Shown: positions 27,001-37,475 of the stretch, piece by piece
Numbering within the stretch: the first letter of the stretch is position 1
Layout: each line of letters begins with the position of its first letter
The notes under the pieces: generated by a model
The model's input: the letters and a program-made list of their open reading frames with translations, nothing else
The model's database searches: none
Told to the model about the DNA's origin: nothing
Made by a program: the position numbers and the translations under genes
From: Amphiscolops sp. MND2022
Lineage: Eukaryota
Reading direction: 5' to 3'
NCBI GenBank assembly: GCA_964187785.1
Contig: OZ076414.1
Span: 52,018,001 to 52,082,000, forward strand
Length of the DNA stretch: 64,000 nucleotides

Positions 27001-28146
27001 TGTGAATTCTATGCTTTATCTGAACAGTGTTAATTGTTGACAAACTCTACTTAGATATGTGTAGACTGAGTTGCTTTTTTTGAAGCAGCTGTTTGGTCGA
27101 GTCGCTTTGTTAATATTTTTGTTCATGTGATTCCAATACTATGCTTTATCTGACTAATGCTGAACGAACTTACTGATGTATTTTCACATTTTGGATGGTC
27201 GGAAAAACGTTTCTGTGATCATTGTTTTAAACGTTTCTGTGATGATTGTTTTAAACGTTTCTGTGATCATTGTTTTCAGTGTTCACAGCCCACTCTTTCC
27301 TTTTCTTTTTGTCTCGAGTCCAATCTAGGTTTTGTGATGTGAATTCTATGCCCTATCTTAACATTGTTAATTGTTGACCAACTTTTATATTAGATACGTG
27401 TAGACTAATTTTCTTTTTTTGAAGCAGCTTTTTGATCGAGTCGTTTCGTTAATATTTTTGTTCATGTGATTTCACTACTATTCTTTATCTGACTAATGCT
27501 GAACGAACTTGCTGGTGTATTTTCACGTTTTCGATGGTCGGAAAAAACGTTTCGGTGATCCCTGTTTTCAATGTTCACATCCCGCGGGTTGCTTTCCTTT
27601 TTGCCTCGAGTCTAATTTAGTTTTTGTGATGTAATTTCTAGGCTTTATCTGAAGTGTCAGTAGTTGACGTTTTTTACTTATATACGTGTAGTTTTAAATT
27701 GTTCTTTGAAGGCAGTTTCTTGATCGAGTCGTTCCATCACTAATTTTGTTCGTGTGATGGAAATACTATGCTTTATCTGACTAATGCTGAAGGAACTTAC
27801 TGATGTATTTCCACATTGTGGATGGTCGGAAGAAACGTGTCGGTGATCATTGTGTTCAATGTTCGTATCCCACAGGTTGCTTTCCTTTTTGCCTCGAGTC
27901 TAATTTAGGTTTTGTGATGTAGTTTCTAGGCTTTATCTGAAGAGTGTCGATTGTTGACAATTTTTACTTAGATACGTGTAGTTTTGAATTGTTCTTTGAA
28001 GTCAGTTTCTTGATCGAGTCATTCCATCACTATTTTTGTTCGTGTGATGCAAATACTATGCTTTATCTGACTAATGCTGAAGGAACTTACTGATGTATTT
28101 CCACAGTGTGGATGGTCGGAAGAAACGTTTCGGTGATCATTGTGTT
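21041..28146. repeat. Intronic tandem satellite, ~25 monomers of ~288 bp with higher-order repeat structure
   Basis: TCTGACTAATGCTGA recurs about every 285-290 bp (about 310-340 bp in monomers carrying a ~25-bp internal duplication); it lies wholly inside the SART3 intron (20809-28800). Confidence 0.97.
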
Positions 28147-28800
28147 TGGAACAGCTTTTTGTGTCTGCAAAAAAATATAATGTTTCAACTCTTCGCCCGT
28201 TTAAAGCTCAAAAGTCGCACGCTAAGGGCTTCTTCAGAGAAACTTTGTTGATTTTCGAAGTCGATTCGAGATACTCGTTGAGAGGTTTGAAGTTGTAACT
28301 TGGGAATTCTTGATTTTTTTTTAATTGTGGTTTTTAATCTGTGCTTTATCTGAATAAAAGGCTGAATAACCTATCTGAAAAGTTTTTTTTTGTTCGGTAT
28401 TAACATCAGATCTTAATTTCACAAGATATCGGGTCGATACCTTCCTATGTTTGGCATTTTCGAAAGTCCCCAAAATGTCTCTTTCCGCCAATTTTCTTTT
28501 GAATTAACTAGTGTGGCATTCTGTGTTTAAATAAAATTTGCTCATCAACTATGTTCTGGCTCAAGTAATTTTTAGTTCTACTAATGGATCATCTGATAGT
28601 TTTGCCGATGCTCTCAATTGATTATTTTCACTGAAAAGGGGCAGGTTGACAAATGCAAAAACCCCTTCGCATTTACGGATTTATTGAAGGATAAAAATTC
28701 GTTTTGACAATTTTTATCCGTTTTTCTGTCATGTCTGCTTCATATTTTTGAGCCTCAAAGTTCTCTCGAGCTTGATTCAGTTCTTGCTTCCCTGTTTCAG

Positions 28801-29155
28801 TAACCCGCCTCCTCGAAAGAAAACAGGTAGCAGTAGAACTGACGAAGAATTGTCTAGCAAATCGAATAAAAGTGCGTCCAATGGACACAAAGCATCTTCG
28901 GTTATTTCAAATGGCTGTACAAAAGATTCGAGTGAAACTTCGACGAAAGACGTTGGAGGTAAAGGTTTAAGACAGCTACTTCCTCGAAATGTATCGAGAC
29001 CGAAAGTCAGGGTTTCCGAAGGCATCTCCCGCAAAACAACGAAGGAATCTGTAGAATCGAATTCTTCCACGAACAAGAACTCAGCACTTGATGCAACACC
29101 TGACTCAAAAGGCCTCTCAAATCAAGACTTTGCAAAACTGTTCAACAAAAATTGA
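28801..29155 (+). CDS. SART3: SART3 exon 2 with C-terminal LSm-interaction motif; joined CDS 1005 aa
   Basis: Acceptor CTGTTTCAG|; the join reads KIAISNPPPRK (cf. IKVAISNPPQRK); ends LSNQDFAKLFNKN (cf. MSNADFAKLF). Confidence 0.92.
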
Positions 29156-30078
29156 TATTTTCTGTTCTATAACAATGAAAGGTAAATAAAATTTAGGTTT
29201 TTCTTTTTCTGAACATCCTTCTTGATTCTGATTAGAAGAAGCAGTTGAGTCGGAAAAATATGGATGATGTGATGGTACCTCGTTGAACTTTCGGCTTGCA
29301 TCTATTTTGAATTATTCGAAACATGGCCTACCAGACATCTACCATACTGTAAAAATCTGGACCTCATTGTAAAAATTTTTTATGTTGATTCCAAAACATT
29401 TTTGTTCAAAAATTCTGACATCAACATAACAAAAACTCAGAAGATATGGACTTCACTACTGATTTCGCCTTTAGCTCAGTTACGTTCAAATTTCAAAAGT
29501 TCTGAGCGTTGGAAAAATTATCATTTTTAATCTTTCACAAAATTGCAAAACTGGGTATCTACTGGACACCTAACATTCAGAATGTCTCTGGCACAATGAT
29601 ATACCACTGAATTCTAGACAATCTGCAGAATCCAATGAATTTTCAAGATTGCAGAAAAAAATTCAAGAACCTGCCCGAAACTCGGAATTTTACTGAAATG
29701 TTCTTTCACCGCCTGAAAATTCACCTAATACACAAATCAACATTGAAAGTGAGAGCAAATAAGCAATTTTATGGGTTGGTTGATAGCGATGCTCAGCACA
29801 TAGGGGGGGGGGGGGGGCGATTTCTTTATCACACTACTGTAGTCAAAAGTTCACAATATTTATGATATTTGATCAATATTTTTTATTACCTCCGAAATAA
29901 CTCTATCAATCTATTATATTTTCATTCCAAATCATATTTAACAATTCGGCAATTCGATTCATTCATTACAGTATGGTATATGTGAAACTAAATTCAAATC
30001 AGATTAGCTTAGTTTGTTGTAAAGTTTCTCTAATCGCAATTAAAATATTTTCCTCGACTCTACACGTTCATCCGCCTC

Positions 30079-30421
30079 CAGAGTTTTGACATCGCTGATT
30101 TTTTTCACTAAGCCACTAATTTCAAAATCGCCGTTTCACCGAAAATTTTTTTCAAACCTGAATGTTTGAATTCAAAAATGTTTTGAAGATAAACGATAAC
30201 CTAATTGATAAATAGAATTTTTATTCTGTGTGTACGTTTCACAGATGAAGAGTTGGTATTTTTCGAAATTCATTTTGAAACTCCTTGTTTTTTTGCTAGG
30301 AAATCTTTAAATTTAGACAATCTTTTAATTGCCGCCAACTTGGATCGCTATTAGAATCGCTGAAAAAGTTCTGCGCGGCCGCTAGTTCGCTAAATCGCTG
30401 ATTAGCCGTGTCAAAACTCTG
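30079..30421. mobile_element. hAT-type MITE (343 bp)
   Basis: 13-bp TIR CAGAGTTTTGACA / TGTCAAAACTCTG; perfect 8-bp TSD TCCGCCTC at 30071-30078 and 30422-30429. Confidence 0.9.
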
Positions 30422-30971
30422 TCCGCCTCTGTAAGTTTTTAACTATGTAACTAATACTTCATCAGAAAGTCATGATCTCTTAAGCCGGGTGGCCAGTTGG
30501 TCGCTTTTTTTACGCTATAAGAGATTAAGTACTGAGTTAAGTGCCCAAAGTGGACACAGCAACGTCATATCTGGAAATATCATTGACTCTTTCGTTACGC
30601 AATAAGTTTTGAATGTTTATGCGTATACCTATCTCAGATATTCTGTTCAACATTTTGTTCCTATTACAATTTATGGTTCCTAAAACACGTTTTTGAAGAA
30701 ACGTTAGGTAACTTTTAGTTGGAAAAACGTAAATTTCTATGATTTTAATTGGGTCGCTTTTTTGTTGAAAAAAACTGGCCACCCTACTCTTAGGTTTTTC
30801 GTACGCAATACAGATATCAGTAAGGAAGCAATAGGGGCTCTACGCCATTTCCAGAATTACAAAAGATTGTTTCCAAGCTCAAGTAAACTTTTATCTCGGA
30901 AATCGATCTGAGATTTCACTCACTCACAGGCTATACAATTTTTGTTGATGATATGAGATCAAAAAAATCAA

Positions 30972-31973
30972 ATGAGATGCCTTTTAAAAGTGACAAAAGC
31001 TGACAAAGAAAGACTTATAGAGTCTTATGAAAAAGGCGAAAATTACCTTGGGTTGGCTAAATTACTCGGCGTAAAACAAAATACTGCCCGTACCATTATT
31101 CGTCGTCATCGCTTAAACTTGCATCCAAAGTCTCACGGCGGACACAGGAAGCCCAACATCACTGATTTTTTTGCGCAAAAGTTACTGGATTTTCTGTCTG
31201 AAAATTGCTCTTCAACTATCAAGGACATGCAGTGTTTTCTGGGAACTGAGGGCCTCCACACATCGCTAAGTACAATTTCGAATTTTTTGGACGGAAAATT
31301 AATTTCATTGCAGTCTACTCGAGTTGTCACAAGTGAGCGAAACTCTGAGAGCGTGAAAGACCTCCGTCAAACGTTTGCCAGTTGGTATTTGGGTGTTGGT
31401 AAATTCAAAAAAGTTATATACGTTGACGAATTTAGAGCAAATCTGTGGATGCGGCGTTCCTATACTCGTTCATCAAGCACTACAAGACCTGATCGTGTGA
31501 TGAATGGACAACGTGGACTGAGTGTCAGCGTTTGCGTTGCAATAACAAGAGAAAAAGCACTACACCACTCAATCAAAGATCAGAAATTTAGCCCAGACGA
31601 TTTTGAGACCTTCTTGACTGAACTCAATCAGCAGCTCCTTCATACGCAAGAACCGGGCTCTTATGCTGTTGTTTTGGAGGAATCCAAAATTCGCCACAGT
31701 TCATCGTTGCCTTGTGGCATTCCATTAGTTTATCTTCCACCACACTCTCCGTTTCTAAACCCCATAGAGTCTGTGTTTAGTGTTTACAAGTCAATAATCG
31801 AAAAAGATTTGGATTGGATTAACAAATTTCCTTCACCAGCTGACCGCAAAGCCAAATTACATGACTCAATTCGGGCAGCTATACTCAACACAGAAGACTT
31901 TGATTCCTTTTATAATCATTGCAATGTTTTTCTCACTAAGTGTTTGTTGAAAGAAGATATAGTGGACGATTGA
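30972..31973 (+). CDS. Tc1/IS630-family transposase-derived ORF (333 aa), altered catalytic triad, possibly domesticated
   Basis: N-terminal HTH (GLAKLLGVKQNTARTIIRR) and second HTH; VIYVDE; LPPHSPFLNPIESVF; the second Asp position reads LEESKIRH; no TIRs recognised. Confidence 0.85.
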   Translation: MRCLLKVTKADKERLIESYEKGENYLGLAKLLGVKQNTARTIIRRHRLNLHPKSHGGHRKPNITDFFAQKLLDFLSENCSSTIKDMQCFLGTEGLHTSLSTISNFLDGKLISLQSTRVVTSERNSESVKDLRQTFASWYLGVGKFKKVIYVDEFRANLWMRRSYTRSSSTTRPDRVMNGQRGLSVSVCVAITREKALHHSIKDQKFSPDDFETFLTELNQQLLHTQEPGSYAVVLEESKIRHSSSLPCGIPLVYLPPHSPFLNPIESVFSVYKSIIEKDLDWINKFPSPADRKAKLHDSIRAAILNTEDFDSFYNHCNVFLTKCLLKEDIVDD

Positions 31974-32184
31974 TTGTCTAATTCTGGTTAAATTAATTTT
32001 TTGGCTATTTAAGTGTTCATTTCACTTGAAATGGAATATAAGCCACTTAATCTGAGACACGTTGTAACAATCTAATCAATGTCTTTCGGCTACCCACTTA
32101 AATCAAGATACGCTCAATCGGAGTACTTTCAGATTGAATATGACATCTTATTGGCGGTACACAGCTCATAATTAACGTGAATCA

Positions 32185-32366
32185 ATGGAAGATCTGATTG
32201 GTCGACAACTGCCGCTCAAATTCGGGTCATCGTTCGAAAACGGTGATATGGGCACTGGTGGGGCTCGAAAAGCCGCCATTTCCGGATTCGGTAGTCACAG
32301 CAGAAACCGAGGTGGACATGGAAGTAGTTCCTCATCCGAACAGTGTGACAAGTATTACTCCGTAAG
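32185..32366 (+). CDS. EAF1: ELL-associated factor (EAF1/2-like) exon 1
   Basis: LPLKFGSSFEN...YYSVR (cf. LRLGESFEK...FHTIR); donor AAG|GTTAGT, phase 2. Confidence 0.8.
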
Positions 32367-32889
32367 GTTAGTTGACTTTTTCTTCGGAATGACACGTTTT
32401 TCTCGAATATGGTAACAGCGTTCAAAACAGAAAGCAAGGCAAATTGTTTTGTGCTAATACAAACCGAGAGCAACAGGTTACTTTGGATTTGCAACTGAAT
32501 CAACTTATGGTTTTGTGCATCAGAGTCAATGTGTAATCGTTACTCTATTGATATGAAGGGATGCCTCAAAATGGCTCAAAATGGTCGAGTCTTAGGCATA
32601 ACGAAACTGTTGATTTTTGTGGCGTAACAAAACCTGACCAGCTACGGAGACACCTATAGTGCTCTACGTGTTGTGGCAAAGTGGAGCGACGTTCCATTAT
32701 TTGACTACCGGCAGGTTTTGACGAAGGCCGGCCTTATACGATTACAGAAGTATTGTCATGCGATGCAAAAAATACATGATTAAAAATCATCACGTATTCC
32801 AGAGAAGAGCCACCAAAGGGCCCCCTTGTTGAACCGATTCTTTTGTTTTCTGGAGAATGGCATTACTATTTTTCAGGAGACCTAATTTA

Positions 32890-33446
32890 AACAAGCCGGT
32901 AACGGCCCAAGTCGACGCCCCGCTCAAAGCCGAAAAAAGCCGCATGTCTTCCACGATTATTGAGAAAACTCATCAGTCTTACAGGACTGAAAAATATTTA
33001 GATGTCACCCGTAGGACCCGGAAACTGTTTTCCTCAACCGAAAACCTTTCAAAAAACTAAAATATTGAGGAAAAATATTTTCCGAAAAATTCTATTTTTT
33101 TCAAAAAGTCCAATATACAATCGAGGAATGCTTAGGAAAATGACTTGGAAAAAAGTCGGTCGAATAGTGCCGAAAAAGGAGACCCTTTGCTCTTTCCCCT
33201 ACCTTTGCAAGCATTAAAAAATTGGTTTAGTGCGGGACTCGAACCTGCGAACTTCTGCTTCTTAGACCCCGTCATCAGGCCTGGCAATATGCGTTAACCG
33301 CGGGACCATTAACCGCGGGACCAAGTTAGCAAGTTTATAAAAATAATAAACTTGAAATCTATAAAATGACGTTACTCAGTGACTGAAGAAAAACACTTGC
33401 CACTGTAAGAGTCGTGCACTTTTTTAACGAAAAGTGCCGACTAAAA
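32890..33446 (-). mobile_element. HINE-like family 1 copy containing a tRNA-like fragment
   Basis: AACAAGCCGGTAACGGCCCAAGTCG at the left end, AAGTGCCGACTAAAA at the right end. Confidence 0.65.
33225..33325 (-). other. tRNA-like fragment (Pol III B box) inside a repeat
   Basis: The minus strand has GCAGGTTCGAGTCCCGC and a duplicated GGTCCCGCGGTTAA; no complete cloverleaf. Confidence 0.35.
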
Positions 33447-33547
33447 GTAATGAATAGTTTCTAGAACTTCAGCAGACATAAATTGTTGTGATAAATTTAT
33501 TAAATAGCGCAAGCTGTTTAATAAGTCATTTCAGACCTTGATAGTGG

Positions 33548-35536
33548 TGTAGTGCCGGGAAAGACAACGACTGGGTTACATATCTACAAGGTTTTTAGAG
33601 CCGGCGGAATAATTCCAATTCATCATGGTGGACAAGACGTGTGATTTCGACAAACTTCTTGCAGAGCTGCGAGAGACCAACCCAACTGCAGCTGCACTTA
33701 TTCGCCATCTTAGTGACCAGCTGGATGAAAAAGAAGCAAGAATTCAAATGCTAGAGAACACTGTTACTGACTTGGAAACTAGAGTTCTTCAACAAGAGCG
33801 ATATTCTAGCAAAGACTGCATTATCATCTCCAACATGCCATCTTTTCCTGGTGACCCTACAGTGCAGGTTGTAGACTTCCTCAACTATAACCTGAGTACT
33901 ACTTTGGAAGTTTGGGATATTAAAGCTTGCCATTTCCTAGGGGATCCACGTGATCAATTAAAACCTGCTCCAGTTATCGTTAAGTTTGTGTATTTTCGAC
34001 ATAAAGACATCGTGTGGCTTATTCTCTCTGCTTCAAAGATCATGTAGCTAAAATCAAACAGAAGTTGAACTTTTGCCATCATACTGTTAGGCGTACTCGC
34101 GACCTTCTGACCGAATCTCAGTTACTGGTTTACTATAAATTACATGTGAATCCACTCATCCAATATGGTGTTCCGATATACGGCTGTACGTCTTTTTCCA
34201 TTCTCAGCCCTATATATACATTACAAAAGAAAATTTTACGAACTATGTTCTTCCTTGAGAAATTTGCAAGCGTTGACTCTCTAATGATAAAAAATGAACT
34301 TCCTACCGTTCATGAATTCCATGTCTATGAACTGTTCAAGTTCATAGTGGCCTCGCTATCAACTGGTCATCCTGTCCAAGTCCTCAACGACATCCTCAAA
34401 CCTGTATCCCAAAGCCATTACTACTTGAGGAATAAGAAACTCGAGCTCGCGATCGAACCTGTCTCCTACAATAAAATGTATCGACAGTCGCTCTCAATAC
34501 GTGTCCCTAGGCTTTATAACAAACTTAAGCATTGGTGTGTTTTACCGGAAAATGATGACCTCGGAAACTTGTCTGAAGACGCGCTCAAAGTGTGTCATAG
34601 GTTCCTCAGAAGCTATTTAATCGGGAATATGGAGCTTGTCAGGTTTGTTTATGAACTTCAGTGAAGCTTCCCCTGCTAACAGTGAATGTGAAGCTGGAAA
34701 GCCAAGCAATGAAGTCCGCAAAGTGGACTCAAACAAAGCCTCTTCTCTGCTGTGCTCAGGAGCTTGGAACCTTTTTGATCATATGATTGCCTACCTACAA
34801 GCTAAAGGATTTTTCTTTAATATCCTTCACTATCATTCAGTTTACTTCTTGGCTATCCTCTTTTAATGCTTTAATTGACCGTGCTATCATCATTCTCCAC
34901 CTTATATTTATTGTAGTTTTCTCATTTTTGGAAAAGAATGCATTAGTGGCATATTCATGGGTTAACCCATGAGTATCCCACTAAATGCCGATGCTTCCCC
35001 CTGCATAGCCTCAGTTAGACGGTCCATGTCCTCTATGTAAGCCTCTCTGAGGTTTACATGGTACATTCCGCTGTAAGTAGAGGGGGGTTGCATCGGCAAA
35101 TTTCACCAAAATGATGTATTAAGTCGCTCTGAGTTCGGATTTTTTCACCTTTTTTTGACGCTTTTCCCGAAATAACTCTGTACGTTTTAGTTGGTTGGGA
35201 GTTGAATCGCTTCAGATACTAGGGCTTAGCTCGTCCACTGCCGATGAAGCAAATGTCAAGTACTGAAGGTATTTTTTTGTTCTCTTTCCGATACTTTTCT
35301 TCCGTCTCGTTTTTTTTTCATTGTTGTCTTAGAATTTTCTCATTTGACTATAGGTTTAGTCAGTATGATTAATCATGTTAATCATACGCTGTTGTTTTTA
35401 ATTCGCTAAGGCTCCCTTCCAGCGGGCGTAAACCCTTTGGGAGTCTTTTCTGGTGTATTTTTATTGTAACTTGATTTGATATTTGTATGTCAATTCTGTA
35501 TCACCAGATAAATTCAATTATTATTATATTATTATA
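33548..35536 (+). mobile_element. Internally deleted CR1/L2-like LINE in EAF intron 1 (ORF1 5' part joined to the ORF2 3' end)
   Basis: ORF 33625 has a coiled coil plus QERYSSKDCIIISNMP...PVIVKFV (LINE ORF1 RRM-like); ORF 34014-34664 is the post-RT region (FKDHV...LIQYG...LQKKILR); (ATT)n-like tail at ~35517-35536. The 5' boundary is approximate. Confidence 0.8.
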
Positions 35537-36102
35537 AATAACGAAAAAATACCTTACCTATTAACCACGGAAATACATTAAATTCGTAAATGATAGCAAT
35601 TACAACATACACTTTTGCAATTTGAATGTACTGCAATTCCAACCAAAACTGTTCTTGACTTATTTATTCTAATTCACTATATAATTATTTCAGGTCGCTT
35701 CCATTTTCTTACCTTTCTAGAACCAAATGCTAATTTTCACCCCAGTTCGGATAAGATTTTGGCTTCTTCGAAATAAATTACTCATCATTAGACCTATTTG
35801 GTTCGTGATTAACTATTGTAATGAGATTATTCACCATTTAGCCAAAATTGGTGAGATATAAATACTATGACGGTTGAAAATACTATACGTTGGAACTGTG
35901 AGTGGTTGAAATTGCAACTGTTGATTGCATATGTCGAGATTGCATAGATGAAAAGTCCTGACCCGTATCCAACTGTGTACAGTGGTCGAAATTTGCTGAT
36001 TTTCTGAGTTTTGTGCCATGTTTCATTCCTTTTTTGCTAAGATTTCGTTATGAGAAAACCAAATATTTGTTCAAAATACTGATTTTGGAGACTGTTTTCA
36101 AG

Positions 36103-36255
36103 GTACGACTTCAAACCTGCTTCCCTCGACAATGACAGACCGGGAGAGGTTGAGATCCAGGGTGACAGAGAAGTGACCATCACCCTGCCCACTATTATGC
36201 CTACCCCCGCAGGCCAAGAGGAAGATGTACAGATACCTGATGATATAGTTTACAA
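36103..36255 (+). CDS. EAF1: EAF exon 2
   Basis: Acceptor TTTTCAAG|; RYDFKPASLD...EVTITLP is the EAF domain core; donor AA|GTAAG. Confidence 0.92.
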
Positions 36256-36310
36256 GTAAGTTTTATTGCCAATCTTTTTGACAAAATAAATGCATCAGAA
36301 AAGTTTGTTT

Positions 36311-36609
36311 TTAGGAGTCGGAAAAAGTTTTCGACTACTTTTGCATTCGTACCCGACCGTTCAATGAAAGTTTCAAATTTCTCAAAAATTGTCCATACGA
36401 TTTTTTTTTCAAGTTTAGCACCGTCATTCTACACCCAAAGGTACTCCTGCGTGCGCAATGGCATCAAAATCGTATGACTGAGATCTGAGAGACATATCCA
36501 AAATTAGTCCAAAAATCCTGAAGAGTAACCCGGGACAATAAAGTACCTACTTTGTTTTTTCAAATTTAAATCTGTTTCCGACTCCTTCACCACACATGCG
36601 GCTCTGGTT
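36311..36609 (+). mobile_element. HINE-like family 2 copy (most of EAF intron 2)
   Basis: 5' AGGAGTCGG; 3' CCGACTCCT followed by hairpin and CTCTGGTT. Confidence 0.7.
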
Positions 36610-36655
36610 ATCCATCATCAATATCGAATTGTCTCTTTTAATACCACTATTTCAG

Positions 36656-37475
36656 GGGCAACAAGAAGCCCGCGCAAAAAGAGTGCCTTCTGATCATAGA
36701 CCACGAAACTGGAGAAGTTACGTTAGAAAAATTGGACTCGTCAATCACTGTTAAGAAAACAAGAAAGGAAAAGTCACTCAAACAACCAAGACCTGCCTTA
36801 TACCCTTCATCCTTTGCAGAATCTTCCGCCTTTTCTCAGAATACATCAAATCAGACCTCGTCTAAACAGAAGCAAACAGCAGAAACATCAAGCAGTGCCA
36901 CTGGCATGACGCAAGACTTTTTGATGAACCAGGATTCGAATGCATCTGAAAAAAGCCATTCTTCCGACAGCTCCAAACATTCTGTCTCAAAAGTTGCCAA
37001 GAAATCTAAAAAAGAGAAGGACGATGTTTTATCTCGAGCAATGATCAACAGATCACCTTTACCGAAAATGAAAACCCCTAGTATTGAACCACAGCAAGCG
37101 GTTCCATCCAAGATTTTGACGTCATCCTATCCGTCGAATGATAATTCCAGTTCTCCGCAAAAGGTTGCTGCTGCTTCATTGACCAGTAAGATTCAAGAAG
37201 CAATATCGGATAGAAGCAATGAAGTCGTTTCGAAACAAGCTAAAAAGAAGGAATCAGAGAAAGAAATCAACCGAGTTCGTAATTTAAGCAGCAGTGATAG
37301 TGATTCGTCAAGTTCAGGTTCAGATTCGAGCTCATGGTCTTCGGACAACGAAGGAAGCAATGCCAAAGCTCCTAAACCGTCTAATTCTAAAACACAGAGT
37401 AACGCCCAGTTTCCTAGCAAGGGTCCCTCGTCTTTTGATCTGCGAGACGATCTGCAATTGAGTGATTCTGACTGA
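36656..37475 (+). CDS. EAF1: EAF exon 3 (end of EAF domain, Ser/acidic tail); joined CDS 384 aa
   Basis: Acceptor TTTCAG|; [37 protein letters not shown]; ends [11 protein letters not shown]. Confidence 0.92.

Noticed and set aside
21041-28146. CRISPR array or a repeated 62-aa gene family
   Set aside because: There are no unique spacers; whole monomers repeat in a eukaryotic intron. The identical 62-aa minus-strand ORFs are a by-product of monomer type A.
30450-32180. TIRs of an active Tc1 element around the transposase ORF
   Set aside because: Only short partial matches (TTAAGTG, GTCATAT) were found, with no convincing inverted pair or TA TSD.
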